Of a stretch of 64,000 nucleotides of DNA, positions 1 to 11,600 are shown piece after piece. The DNA is from a virus. Lineage: Duplodnaviria; Heunggongvirae; Uroviricota; Caudoviricetes. Position numbers and translations under genes: made by a program. Numbering within the stretch: the first letter of the stretch is position 1; each line of letters begins with the position of its first letter. The stretch is from IMG/VR virus record IMGVR_UViG_3300029996_000255. The stretch is one strand, 5' to 3'. The notes under the pieces were generated by a model. The model was given only the letters and a program-made list of their open reading frames with translations, ran no database searches and had not been told where the DNA came from.

Positions 1-2383
1 AATAATTATCAGAATCATTTGTAACAATAACCTGTGATATCGCAACATTTTCATTTTTAACTGTATCAGAGTTAATATAATTAAGATTTACATATCTGTT
101 TTTATCTCTAAGAACATATGTGTTAGCCGTATTTGGGATTGAGCCTTGATACCCATTGAGGTAAGTAGAACTTCCCTGAAGATTAGCATATATATCAGAT
201 TTTTTCTTAAATATTATTCCAGGAGGAGTTGTCATTGGTAAAATGGTTTCATTTGTTATAGTTGTAGATTTTGTTAGTATCGTCCACTCAGTGTTCCACT
301 CAGAGTATATTTGATATATACCACCACCTCGCAACCACAAAACAGGTTTAGATGAGTTGATCAACTGTTTGTAACCAATTGGATTCTTGGAATCAGAAAT
401 GAATTTTTGTTGATAGCTTAAAACAATTTCATTTGCATCGGTTGTTCCATAACCGCTTTGAATAGTCAGCAAATCAAGAATAGCTGTGAAACCATTATTA
501 TAAGTGTGATTACTCCAACTTGGCATACAATTACCGTCTAACTGTGCGGCGCACTTTAGACGATACATACCACCCCTCGGAATTAATACAGTAGCCACAA
601 CTGGATACCAAATATTTTCATTATATTTAGAATCAGTTAAATTTATTTCTTTTGCTATGCTTAAAGTTGTGCCCCCAAGTGGAATAGAACAAGCAACAGG
701 TTTGCCGTCACTGAAATAAATAGGTTGAGTAGCAGATCCAGCAGAAGAAGTTAGCTTAATTGCACTGTTTGCCGAGGTTGCAAATTTAACACTTTGTTCA
801 GAGATGGTATCTGTAGTTATAATTGTACTTCCACTTTCAGAAGAAGCGGCGGGAAGATAGATTGGAGCAGAATTGTTGACCCTTCGATTAAAATTTGCAT
901 CGGTAGTATAATTAAACACAAGATCTTCTTTTGTGGCTAAATTACCAATAGTCCAAGCACCATTTGGAGTTTTTTGTCCAACAACAGGGTTGTAACTATT
1001 TGAAGAAGATCTGCTACCAAAAACAGCTACATTTTCTCTATCTTTTATCCAAGTACCACCAGCCTCCCTAATAATTCTTCCAGTCATTGTGCCACCAGTC
1101 AATAGAAGAGGGTCACTTACAATCTTATCTAATATAGTCTTGTTGTTGTGAGTATGCTTCTTAGAATTAGCATCATCATAGTTTGTTTTATCTTCTTTAG
1201 ATAGTAAACCATCAACAGATTGTGTAGCTTTTGGAATGGCGTTGGCAGAAACTGCGACCCATTTTGAACCATTATAACGATACGTATAATCTGTGTCTTT
1301 TACATTGACAGTCCAACCATCTTCAGGGTTAGGATATGTCTTAGTTATATCTGCAAAAGTAGCGACAGCTTCTTTCCAATCAATGTTATTCTCTAAAGCG
1401 GAAAATTTGTTGTCGATTTCGTTCTTAGTATATTTATCGTTCCAATTATTTTTATTCGAGTTTACAGTATTTTCAACTGATATAGCTTTGTTATAAGCTA
1501 TCTTAACCGCATTTGCAGTAGGAGCGTGAACTGTAGAACTTGAAGATACGCTATCTTCAAGTTCGTTAGTAAGAACAAAATGATGATTATCTAATTTATT
1601 TTGTAAATCATTTGCTTTGTCATTTGCATTTTTAGCAGCTGCATTTGCGTTATCTATAGCTGTTGTGGTATCTGTTTGTCTTTTAGTTTCTTGTGCTTGC
1701 CTTGTATTCTCGTTTGAAATTCTAGTGTTTTCATTTGTAATTCTAGCATCTTCGGCTTTTTGTCTTTTATCTTCTTCATTTACTCTTTTTTGTTCAGAGT
1801 TAATTCTCGACTCTTCATTGGATTTTCTTTCTGCTTCATCTTTCTTTCGTACATCTTCATTTGCAGTTAAGGTCTTATCTAATTCAACGACCTTCTTGTT
1901 GTTAAAATCTATCTGTGCAAGGGCATTGGTTAGAGCATTAAATTCATAAGAAGATTCTATTTGAGAGTGATTTAAAGCTGTAGGTGTAATATTTATATAG
2001 AAATCCATAATTGATATAATAGGTGCATTGACTTTATATATATCATCAATATTTGTTGGTTTTTCTTCGGATGTAAAAACTTTTCTTAAAAGAAAAATAT
2101 CTGCAATAGCTCTACCTGGCGCTGAGAGCATTTGTTCTGTTAATTCTATTTTAAGTTTTCCATCGGAAGTAACTTCAACTTCATTAAAAACACCATTATC
2201 ATCAGGTTTTTTAAAACGAATAAAAGCACTCATTATTGATTTGTCAACTGTAAATACAATTCCATTTTCAACACAAGTTATCTCAATATAACGTGTCTGA
2301 TTATCATATTGTTTTGCGTTTACAGAAACTACATTTTTTGTATACAAATCAAGAGTTATTTTTGCTGTAGTTTGTTGTCTCAT
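1..2383 (-). CDS. Tail fibre / receptor-binding protein with N-terminal BppU-like upper-baseplate domain (partial, runs off left edge)
   Basis: Not in ORF track. ATG at 2383 after SD GGGAG gives MRQQTTAKITLDLYTKNVVSVNAKQYDNQTRYIEI..., then a coiled-coil segment and Gly/Ser/Thr-rich fibre segments; same frame is open at the left edge; follows the Tal-like gene. Confidence 0.75.
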   Translation of the reverse strand, partial: MRQQTTAKITLDLYTKNVVSVNAKQYDNQTRYIEITCVENGIVFTVDKSIMSAFIRFKKPDDNGVFNEVEVTSDGKLKIELTEQMLSAPGRAIADIFLLRKVFTSEEKPTNIDDIYKVNAPIISIMDFYINITPTALNHSQIESSYEFNALTNALAQIDFNNKKVVELDKTLTANEDVRKKDEAERKSNEESRINSEQKRVNEEDKRQKAEDARITNENTRISNENTRQAQETKRQTDTTTAIDNANAAAKNANDKANDLQNKLDNHHFVLTNELEDSVSSSSTVHAPTANAVKIAYNKAISVENTVNSNKNNWNDKYTKNEIDNKFSALENNIDWKEAVATFADITKTYPNPEDGWTVNVKDTDYTYRYNGSKWVAVSANAIPKATQSVDGLLSKEDKTNYDDANSKKHTHNNKTILDKIVSDPLLLTGGTMTGRIIREAGGTWIKDRENVAVFGSRSSSNSYNPVVGQKTPNGAWTIGNLATKEDLVFNYTTDANFNRRVNNSAPIYLPAASSESGSTIITTDTISEQSVKFATSANSAIKLTSSAGSATQPIYFSDGKPVACSIPLGGTTLSIAKEINLTDSKYNENIWYPVVATVLIPRGGMYRLKCAAQLDGNCMPSWSNHTYNNGFTAILDLLTIQSGYGTTDANEIVLSYQQKFISDSKNPIGYKQLINSSKPVLWLRGGGIYQIYSEWNTEWTILTKSTTITNETILPMTTPPGIIFKKKSDIYANLQGSSTYLNGYQGSIPNTANTYVLRDKNRYVNLNYINSDTVKNENVAISQVIVTNDSDNY

Positions 2384-2420
2384 TTACAATAATTCTCCCT
2401 TCTTAAAAATTAATGGTGTT

Positions 2421-5400
2421 CTAACACCAAGTTTTATTGTCATTATCCCAAGTGTTAATAACGGTATCATCCACCCAGAATCGAAGAAATTGTCCATCCC
2501 AAGACATAGATATATCTGAATTACTGGCTTCTAATCTATTTAATACCATTGCCATTTTCCTTTGTTCCGTTCCGTGCATACAATAAATTCCTGTTGCTTT
2601 AATGTTACCAAATACAGATAAGGCGGCATCGCTAAAACTTCTAGTTCCTTCGGTATCAATACTTATTTCACCTTTCCCAATCCAAGTCATTTTTGTCTGA
2701 TTTGGCATATGCCACATTTTAATTCCATCACGAAGAACTTGTACTTCAGTACCTGCCTCACCTGTGATTGTCATTCCATCTCCATCGCCTTTTGTAGAAT
2801 TAGAACAAAGAGTTAATGTATTAAATCCTCTGTTATTTTTTGCGAAGATTCCATGACCTTGAACGCTGAAATATGAGCCATCTGTTTCATTGTTTATTTT
2901 CATTTCTCCACCAATAATACTCGCCACCATTTTATACGTTGAATCACCTGACCAACCATAACCAGAGGCAGTTAATTTCGTAGCGTTGATTTCACCTGTT
3001 ATTCTGGCATTAGAAGCATACATTTCACCATTTTGTTTAATGTAGAAATTTGCATAATATACACCATCTTTTTTTTGTTGACAAGAAAACGTCCAAGTGT
3101 CAGGCGATGTGGCTTTCTGGAGATATACCCTGTAATCATCTTGATCATGATAAATAGCTTCATTATTAATATTCCAACCACCAATAGTAGCTTTAAGAGC
3201 AACTAGGTCATCGATGGAGATTGCATTAGCAGTTATAGTGTTAGTTGCTATTTTCCCACCATCGATGGTTGTAGTGTTAGCTTTATAAATATTAGAGGCA
3301 ATATCATCTGCTGTTTTTTGAGCAGTATTTATTTTACTTTGAGCAGAGCTGTCAAGACATTCAAATGTTACTTTACCTTTTAAATTGATATTGTCTGCCA
3401 TCAATTCATATAACTTGTTAGTTAAGGTCATACTTGCTTGAGAATTACCCGAAGCAACTAACCAATTGATTTTTCCTGCGGTTTGACTGACAGAAGTGAT
3501 TGTTTTAGAATTATCTGCAATAGAATTATTTATTGAGTTGATCTTATCTGACAAACCATTCACATCAGATATATCAGGAGAAGTTGTTGTAGACCACTCA
3601 ATATCAACATTTTTTATTTGTAATTTTTTATTTGTGGCGTTATAAGAAAAAGTATCTCCACCAATATTGCAATCACCAGTTGCCAAATTGAAATGTGTTC
3701 CAGCAGTACATATACCCTTTGAATCTGTTGTGTAATTAGCAGAATATATATCACCTGCGATAATAAGACCTGATATAACAAAGTCTGTATTTAAGCCATA
3801 CTTCTCATACATAGTACCATTGAGAGTATATTTTTGTTTACCCAAGGCTGTAACAGCAGTTCTCCATCTATCTGTTGTATAAACAAATTCATTAACATTA
3901 ATTCGTGCCTGTTCATCTTTATAATCATCAATCACATCATCATAACTTCTAATAAGGATTCCATGTTCATCAAATATCGCAGTCGAATTAGTATTATGAA
4001 CACTATATAAAGCAGAGTCTAATCCATCTTTTTGTAACTTTTCAAATGTTAAATTAGCTTTCTCCCCTTGAGAAGCTTGTTTGATAGTAGAAGAGTAGCT
4101 TGTCGCCATAGACTGAGATTTTGCAAGAATGTCTTTAACTATATTAACATTTGAACTTCCGTATCTATATGCGTCCGAAAATGTAACTGATAATTTGCTT
4201 AAATCACCATAAGATATAGAAATATCTGCCAATCTCATTACATAAATTTTCCCATCAATTTTGGTTCTTATAAAATTTCCAAGTGTAAAATCATCAAGTA
4301 TTGGTTCAAAAATTCTATTTCCATCTTTATCTGTTAACAAAAGGAGGTTTTGTAATGTTCCCGAAATAGTGAATTGCTTCTCACCAGATTTAACTAATTC
4401 CTTCTTGGCAACCACCAACAATTCATTTGCCTTGTCAATTAATTCAGTATTAGTTAGCCCATCAGATATGTAATTGTCATTACTATAATCATTTTCACGT
4501 CTATAATAAGTAAATAACTTCCAATATTTTTCACCTATATACGATTCAAAATCTAGCTCATTATGAGTTTTTGAAATCAAATCTTCAATGTATTTCTTAA
4601 GACCTGTGATTGTATCTAATTGGGAATTCCTGTAAGATAATTCATTCTCTAATGCAATAAAACGTTCATAATATGGGATATAGATAGAATCATGTAAGTT
4701 AGAAGATTCAGATGCGACACCTTGTTCAGTTAGGACATTAATAGCAGTCTGGTAAGCTGATTGATAAGAAGTTAATCTTTGTGTAGAATATTTATGTAAT
4801 TCTATTTTAAATGTATCTAAAGATTCGATTTTATATATTTCTTGTAATCCCTGATCATTTACTTTCCCCATAGCCTTATCAACCTGTTGATTAACATAAG
4901 CAATATAATCATCATTAATTTCAATACTTATTGCAGTTTTCATTTCAGCTGTATCATCTTTATCTGAATAACTTGTTAATTTGAATCGACCTGTCCAAGT
5001 TTGTGATTTAAGAGTTGAACCATCAAGAATTTCAACCTTATAAATGGATGTATCAATTAATGCCTTTGCCATTGCTAAAACAGCATTGTTAGCTGTGTAA
5101 ACAGATATTTTACTTACATCTGTAACTGCTACGGGAGATAGATTAGAAGTAGTAAGCAAAGCCAACTGAGATGCTGCTGTTTTGTCTTGCTGTTTCCAAG
5201 TTGGCATCATAGAACTATCAAGATATGAAGATAAATCAATAATATCATAATATACAGAAGTTATATTACTCCAACCCTTATACTGTGACTGAATAGAAGA
5301 GTACGTAGTTTCTGGATAATATATCTTAATGTATTTAATAATGTTATTATATTGACTTACAAGAGAAGATTCTAAAGAAAATGATTTATTGTTAGTATAT

Positions 5401-6389
5401 TCATTGACAAGTTCATTATAAGATTTTATTTTATCTTGCAACTCATTTGGCATATCTAATAAGGTATCATTATTAAAATAATAAATATAATTACTGCCGT
5501 TAGGATTGATATTTTTTAAAGTTGCGTTAATTAAATCATCTCCACCAACAATCCTAAAGCAATTTTTAATATTATCTGTTTCAGAAGTCAACTGAATGTC
5601 TGAGCTAAGGTTATTTTTATCAATAAATATTGAAGTATCTTTTCCATATGGTTCATGTAAAATTGTTCCTCCACATTCAGGACAAACCGTAAACGAATCT
5701 TCACTTCTATAATCGCAACTTAAACAACAAGTTTCCATATCATATACATAGACACTTCTTGTATTTGAATCAAATAAAAATATACAACCGACTTCCTGCG
5801 ATAGAGTTGTTAAAAAATCATAAACACTTGTGCTATTTATACTGAATGAACGCTGAATATTTAAAAGAGTTTCATCAACGTGGGCAATAGTATATCCAGG
5901 GACTTTTTCAAAAATTCTATTTAACAATGAACAATTTTTCTTACTAGAATTATAGAATATAGTTGGTTCTGTATACTCTTCACGAGCAATATCAGCTTCT
6001 GTATTAATTTCAACATCATGTAAAATTACCTGTCCAAGTTCAGCCTCGCACAATGATTTAGCTGTTACAACTTTTTTTGTATTTATTTTTGATTCATCTG
6101 TACTAACTGAAATTTCAAACCATTCATTATATTCTTTAACATATACTGTCTTAAAATCAATAATCTTATGCCAAAGATTTTCTATTTCTGCATTTTGTTC
6201 TTTATACACATTAAAAGATAATTCATCCATAGCACCAAATTGCGGATGATATGTTATAGAATCGGCAGGAATATTAACTATTTCACCGAATTTTTCAAGA
6301 TTTCTATTACCTAGAATAATATGTAATGGTCTTATTGCTTGTCCTGATTTTTGCATACGAAGCAAATTTTTTACATTAATTTTTTGCAT
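2421..6389 (-). CDS. Tail tip / Tal-like (prophage endopeptidase-type) protein, 1322 aa
   Basis: Position after Dit; N-terminal phage tail domain, coiled coil, beta-rich C-terminus with ADNINLKGKVTF / TTIDGGKIATNTITA-type motifs. Confidence 0.75.
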   Translation of the reverse strand: MQKINVKNLLRMQKSGQAIRPLHIILGNRNLEKFGEIVNIPADSITYHPQFGAMDELSFNVYKEQNAEIENLWHKIIDFKTVYVKEYNEWFEISVSTDESKINTKKVVTAKSLCEAELGQVILHDVEINTEADIAREEYTEPTIFYNSSKKNCSLLNRIFEKVPGYTIAHVDETLLNIQRSFSINSTSVYDFLTTLSQEVGCIFLFDSNTRSVYVYDMETCCLSCDYRSEDSFTVCPECGGTILHEPYGKDTSIFIDKNNLSSDIQLTSETDNIKNCFRIVGGDDLINATLKNINPNGSNYIYYFNNDTLLDMPNELQDKIKSYNELVNEYTNNKSFSLESSLVSQYNNIIKYIKIYYPETTYSSIQSQYKGWSNITSVYYDIIDLSSYLDSSMMPTWKQQDKTAASQLALLTTSNLSPVAVTDVSKISVYTANNAVLAMAKALIDTSIYKVEILDGSTLKSQTWTGRFKLTSYSDKDDTAEMKTAISIEINDDYIAYVNQQVDKAMGKVNDQGLQEIYKIESLDTFKIELHKYSTQRLTSYQSAYQTAINVLTEQGVASESSNLHDSIYIPYYERFIALENELSYRNSQLDTITGLKKYIEDLISKTHNELDFESYIGEKYWKLFTYYRRENDYSNDNYISDGLTNTELIDKANELLVVAKKELVKSGEKQFTISGTLQNLLLLTDKDGNRIFEPILDDFTLGNFIRTKIDGKIYVMRLADISISYGDLSKLSVTFSDAYRYGSSNVNIVKDILAKSQSMATSYSSTIKQASQGEKANLTFEKLQKDGLDSALYSVHNTNSTAIFDEHGILIRSYDDVIDDYKDEQARINVNEFVYTTDRWRTAVTALGKQKYTLNGTMYEKYGLNTDFVISGLIIAGDIYSANYTTDSKGICTAGTHFNLATGDCNIGGDTFSYNATNKKLQIKNVDIEWSTTTSPDISDVNGLSDKINSINNSIADNSKTITSVSQTAGKINWLVASGNSQASMTLTNKLYELMADNINLKGKVTFECLDSSAQSKINTAQKTADDIASNIYKANTTTIDGGKIATNTITANAISIDDLVALKATIGGWNINNEAIYHDQDDYRVYLQKATSPDTWTFSCQQKKDGVYYANFYIKQNGEMYASNARITGEINATKLTASGYGWSGDSTYKMVASIIGGEMKINNETDGSYFSVQGHGIFAKNNRGFNTLTLCSNSTKGDGDGMTITGEAGTEVQVLRDGIKMWHMPNQTKMTWIGKGEISIDTEGTRSFSDAALSVFGNIKATGIYCMHGTEQRKMAMVLNRLEASNSDISMSWDGQFLRFWVDDTVINTWDNDNKTWC

Positions 6390-6394
6390 TAAAA

Positions 6395-7189
6395 TTAAAT
6401 TCCTACCTTTCTAACAGGAGAATAAGTCATAGTTACACTTATATTAAGCGTAGAAGAATAGTAATTATCTCTGTTTTTATATGTGTTTATTAATTTAATA
6501 AAATTATAATTAAAGTCATTTGCTATGTTGTGAGCAAGCTTATCGGATGTAATCATTCGATGTTGATTATCAATTGTGATTACTTCACCCTTTATACAAT
6601 TATTGATAATACATAATTCGTTATCTGCTGAATTAGTAATAGTAAGATTACCTGCTTCATTACAAGTTATAACCGTATAAGGATATATTTCTCCAACCTC
6701 ATCTGAATCATCATATATATAAAAAGATTTTACATTGGAAAAAGTATGGGTTCTTTCTTTAGCAAAACCATAAGGTGCATTAGAAGTAAATACACATTCA
6801 ATTCCATATATATCATCATTAATTTTCACAGCTTGAACATTGAATGTGCCATAAAACCTTATATTTTCGTAGCCTTCTTTATTTATTTTAAATTGATCAA
6901 AAGTCTTTCTATTTAGCCATCTGTTTATCGCTCCATATTCTTCTGGCATAAGAGGAATAGGATTACAATGATTGTCTAGTCGGCATAATTGAATAGTGAA
7001 AGAGTAGTCTTCATCATATGTACTTCCATATAATTCAGAAATATCTTGTCCGACTGATTTAACAGTGTTAAATGTTAGAGTAGAGCCAGAGGAAATGGTT
7101 TCACTACCACCAGAAGAAGAATCAAATTTAACTACATATAAGCCATAATCACTAGCCAGCTCATCACCATATTGGAAATCAGTAAACAT
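6395..7189 (-). CDS. Distal tail protein (Dit)
   Basis: 264 aa, MFTDFQY...ASDYGL start, CVFTSNAPYGF and IYPYTVIT motifs typical of siphophage Dit; lies between tape measure and Tal. Confidence 0.75.
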   Translation of the reverse strand: MFTDFQYGDELASDYGLYVVKFDSSSGGSETISSGSTLTFNTVKSVGQDISELYGSTYDEDYSFTIQLCRLDNHCNPIPLMPEEYGAINRWLNRKTFDQFKINKEGYENIRFYGTFNVQAVKINDDIYGIECVFTSNAPYGFAKERTHTFSNVKSFYIYDDSDEVGEIYPYTVITCNEAGNLTITNSADNELCIINNCIKGEVITIDNQHRMITSDKLAHNIANDFNYNFIKLINTYKNRDNYYSSTLNISVTMTYSPVRKVGI

Positions 7190-7213
7190 ATTTTCACCAT
7201 CCTTTTTAATATT

Positions 7214-7579
7214 TTATTTTTTTAATAAATTATCAAGCATTTTCTGGTATTGCTTTTCAAACTCTTGCATTTTTTTTGTATATTCTTTTTTAACTTTATC
7301 TACTTCGGTTATTTGTTCATCTAAAACCTTAATTCGGTCATTATATTTCATACATAACTTTTCATATGTATTCTTAGACATTCTTGCTTTTTTAATTAAT
7401 AAGGAAAGATTATCATAAGACCCAGAGGCATTTTCTTTAACGATTGAAAGACCGATTTCATTGTCAATAATTTGCTGTTTCAAGTCTTCATTTTCCTTTT
7501 CCAGTAGAGCGCAATGTCTTTCATAATATTCCAGCTTCTTTTCCATATTACTTTTACTCTTAACTAACTTATTTGACAT
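7214..7579 (-). CDS. Hypothetical coiled-coil protein
   Basis: 121-aa K/E-rich ORF with SD GGAG. Confidence 0.6.
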   Translation of the reverse strand: MSNKLVKSKSNMEKKLEYYERHCALLEKENEDLKQQIIDNEIGLSIVKENASGSYDNLSLLIKKARMSKNTYEKLCMKYNDRIKVLDEQITEVDKVKKEYTKKMQEFEKQYQKMLDNLLKK

Positions 7580-7645
7580 CCTATTTTCTCCAATCTATCC
7601 TTAATTTTAATATCTTTAATAATTCTTAATAATTTCTAACATAAT

Positions 7646-7680
7646 AAAAGACACACTAGCCTAAACTAATGTGTCTTTTT
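7646..7680. terminator. Intrinsic terminator (possibly bidirectional)
   Basis: AAAAGACAC...GTGTCTTTT inverted repeat with A/T runs on both sides. Confidence 0.6.
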
Positions 7681-7720
7681 GTGATTTTGTATTTAGTTGT
7701 ACTGTAAAAAAAATTAATCT

Positions 7721-8368
7721 TTATTTATATTTTTCTGCATCTTTTAAATTGACATCACATAATTCCTGAATATCCTTACACATATAACTATCTGAATCAT
7801 AGATAACTTCAACGCTATCTGCTTTTAAAGTATTTAAAATTATAACCTTATTATTATCACTTCTTTTATCTTCTATAACTACATTGTTTAAATTTTTTAC
7901 TATATATGAAGATAATATTATATTAGGACTATTTGATTTACTTTCAATATAATGTATCATTCCTTCATAAATTTTGTTATTTATAATTATTTTTGCTTTC
8001 ATAGATTTAGATTTATCAAGTAAATCATTCCAATAATAATCATTACCTGTTTCTCTTATTTTTAGAAAATCTAAAATAGAAACAATATATTTATTTTGAA
8101 TTAATTTTCCCAATAAATAACCCAATAAAACAGCGCATATAATCATACCTAATATGTATATTTCTTGACAGGCATAAATTGGAATGAGATTTATTAACTC
8201 ACAATATATATATCCTATGACCAAAGATGACATTAATATATGTTCTGTATTTTTATCGTCTATTTGTTTTATCCTTGTAAAATGATATGTTGAATAAATT
8301 AAATAACCAGTTACAATATATAGTATTACTTGTGGTAATATCTCTGTTAAATCTTTAATTATAATCAC
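7721..8368 (-). CDS. Moron-like membrane protein (3 N-terminal TM segments plus soluble domain)
   Basis: 215 aa, very AT-rich, hydrophobic N-terminal half; inserted in the tail operon between its own upstream AT-rich region and a terminator. Confidence 0.65.
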   Translation of the reverse strand: MIIIKDLTEILPQVILYIVTGYLIYSTYHFTRIKQIDDKNTEHILMSSLVIGYIYCELINLIPIYACQEIYILGMIICAVLLGYLLGKLIQNKYIVSILDFLKIRETGNDYYWNDLLDKSKSMKAKIIINNKIYEGMIHYIESKSNSPNIILSSYIVKNLNNVVIEDKRSDNNKVIILNTLKADSVEVIYDSDSYMCKDIQELCDVNLKDAEKYK

Positions 8369-8481
8369 CCCTTTTTTCGTTTTGGTGGTTTGGGTTTAGA
8401 ATTTCCATTATTATGTGGTGGTCGTAATGAAAATAAGTTTTTGACTGCGTTATTTTTTTGAAATGTTTTTTTGATTCCCAT
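8365..8481 (-). CDS. Small Lys/Pro/Asn-rich peptide (38 aa)
   Basis: SD GGAGG, MGIKKTFQKNNAVKNLFSLRPPHNNGNSKPKPPKRKKG*; stop overlaps the GTG of the next gene. Confidence 0.5.
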   Translation of the reverse strand: MGIKKTFQKNNAVKNLFSLRPPHNNGNSKPKPPKRKKG

Positions 8482-8619
8482 ATGTTTATCCTCCAACTAC
8501 TAATATATAATTATTATATACCAATAATTGACAAATATCTACAAGAACATATATTCGCAAATTCAATTTGTTAATCAATATCACGGGCATACCAACATTA
8601 GTCAGTACGCCCATAAACC

Positions 8620-11600
8620 TTATCTAAATGTCAACATATTAAGTGAATTACGTCCTAACACTTGACCCAATGTACCTTCCTGTACTGCTTTTAAAAACCT
8701 CTTATCACTTACCATCTGTTTCATAAAATCTTCATAATTTTTAACATTAGGTAATGATAATGTTACATCTCCAAATTCTACATCAACCTTATTAGCCAAG
8801 TTATTCGATATATTAGGAATATCGGGCAACTTAGCACCTAAGTTATCCATATACATATTCGGAGTAATAATACCTTTAGAAAGATTCCAAAGCTTTTCTA
8901 CTTGGTCTGCATTAAATACCATATCACCAGCATCTAACTTGCGAAGTGTACCATACTTCTTAGAGAAGATAACTTCTGAACCAAGACCTTTTTCATCTGT
9001 GCGGTGTATACCTGCTGTTGCTGATTTAGTACCATTTTTATAACCATGAGATTTGAGCTGGTCTAACATCCAAATATTCTGATCTGAACTACCATAATAT
9101 TCTCCGTCACCACCCATAGCAGAGTAGTAATCAGCTCTTGCACCAAATGAACTGTCTATGTCATTATATTTTAATCTATCCACAATACTTGAATCCACTT
9201 CGAGTAAGTCCTTCGGATAATCGTCTTCCAAATGATAGAACCAATCACCCCAAGAGCCACCATCATCAGATGAGCCACTATCAGAGTTATCCCAATTATC
9301 AGACCAATCATTAGAACCACCAGACGAACCACCGCCATCAGAATAACCACCATCGGTATTAGCATTCTGTTCTGCCTGCTGTCTTGCAATCTCATCAGCA
9401 ACTCTTTGTGCTTCATCATTACTATTCTTCAATAAACCTTGTACAGCAGCATTAATGTCACCACAAACCTTATTAATAGCATTGTTGCCTTCAACAAATT
9501 TGTTACTAAAGTCACCTAATACACTATTAATACCATTTGTTATGTTGTTGGCATTTAGACTCCATATAGAAGACATAGATTCACTAAGCTTATAACCATA
9601 ATTCTCAGCAGTAGTAGTAATAGTCTGTGAGATATTAGAAGCATTTTCGTTAGACTGGTCAATAATTTCCTGCATAGTTATATCAAACGAATCAAGTCGC
9701 TCATCGAGCCACGTTTTTGTAGTATCGGCAAGATTATCTAAAATAGCTTGCGTATCGCTTATAAGCTTTTCATACTCAGTATCTTTCAAATCATCTTTAG
9801 CAGTATTAATTTGGTCTTTAAGCTGCTGGATATTCTTCTTACCTTCCTCAGAATTATCTCCTTGATAAGCAGAGTATTGCTTCTCCAAAGCATTAAGAGC
9901 CTTTGTTTTTTCAACGATAGATTTTTCATAATCATAAGCATCCTTTTGCTGACTCATAAGATCTTTATATTTCTGGATAACTTCATCAAGTTTATCAAGA
10001 AATGTATCATAACCTTCTTGAACCAAATCCTTAAGGGCTTCTTTTTCAGATATACTTGAATTTATAGCATCCTGTTGTGCCTTAATAAGTTCTTGCTTCC
10101 TATCCAGCAATTCCTTATCATAAGGATCTTTAGTCAACTCTTCATCAATCTTAAGTATCTCGTCCTTATAAGCTTTTGCCTGATTAAGATATAATTGATA
10201 CTTCTGTGCGATTAATGCTTGTGCAGCCTTACCATTGTCATTTATATTACCATTGTCGTCAGTAATATCTTCATCCTTTAGTAAGTCAACAAGGAACTGA
10301 GTTTCGTCTATAAGATTGCTGACATCATCTCTAGTCCTATCGAAAGCATCCCAATTAATCTGTCTTATCGCATTATCATACTCAACTAATGCCTTTTTAG
10401 CATCATATATACTTGAAGTACAATCATCTATGGCAGACTGCATAGAATACCAATCCTCAGATTCAGCTTCAATCTTGCCAGATGCCATAGCAGAATTAAG
10501 TGCCTTTGTAAGTGCGTCTCTTTCCTGTTCAAGCTTTTCAAGATTCTTTTGTTCCTGTTCCATCATAGAATTATTAAGCAGAGTAGAAGCAAACCAGCCC
10601 TGTTCTTCTAAGAAGTCATTATCCTTGCTATATAAATCCTTAATAGAATTTACTTTCCCAAGAACTTCTTCAAACTGTGATTGAATATTATCGAATCTAC
10701 TCTTAGCAAGCTGTCTTATCTCAATGTTTAATGACTGTACAGAGTCAGCAGCATCTTGAGCCTTATCATATAAATCCTGACAATCTGAAATAGCGTCTTT
10801 AAGGTCATCGTCATAGACAGTTTCTATATTAAATGAACCATTTGCAATCTGATCTTTGTAATATCCGTCAAGGTCATATGAATTGAATCTATCCATATAG
10901 AAGTCATAAGCATCTGACTGTGCGTTAATCTCTGATAACAATGTTTCCATAGAATCGGAGAGGGCATTATTACGATTAAGCCATGTACGTGTTGTATCAG
11001 ATACTTTATTCTTTAAGCGGTCATAGGCTTTAGAGATTTTGGATAAGAGACGTTCTACCCAGTTGAAGTCCTGTGGCGATGGTTCGGAGGATGAATCAGA
11101 TGAACCACTGGAAGATGAGGAATCTTTACCGAGTGACTGCCAATCAGTTGTAATAGATAAATCAGGTGCATTATTTTTAAATGTTTCTTGAAGACGTTTC
11201 CATGCATAATTATATTCATTTACATAATTAAGAATCTTTTCTTTATCCTTTTCTTGAGAAGCCTTAATTTCCTGATGTAGGTTATCCATCATTTTCGCAC
11301 CAGCAAACCCTGTTTTTAATGGATTGCTTTTTTGATTTAATGGTGAATCTTCATTGTCTTGAACACTCATCATGCCTGTTTCAGCATCTTTTACTATCTT
11401 AAATGCTGTAAGCTGATTTTCAAAATATTTAGACCACAAATTACCAAGCTTGGATACTAATTGTGCTTCACAACCAGCTTTTGCTTCAGCTAAATTTTTC
11501 CATTCCTTCCAATCATTTCCATAGAAACTTGTAAGCATATTTTGAAGCTTTTCATTACCTGTTACAACTTGATTCCAAAAATCATTAGTATAAATATACT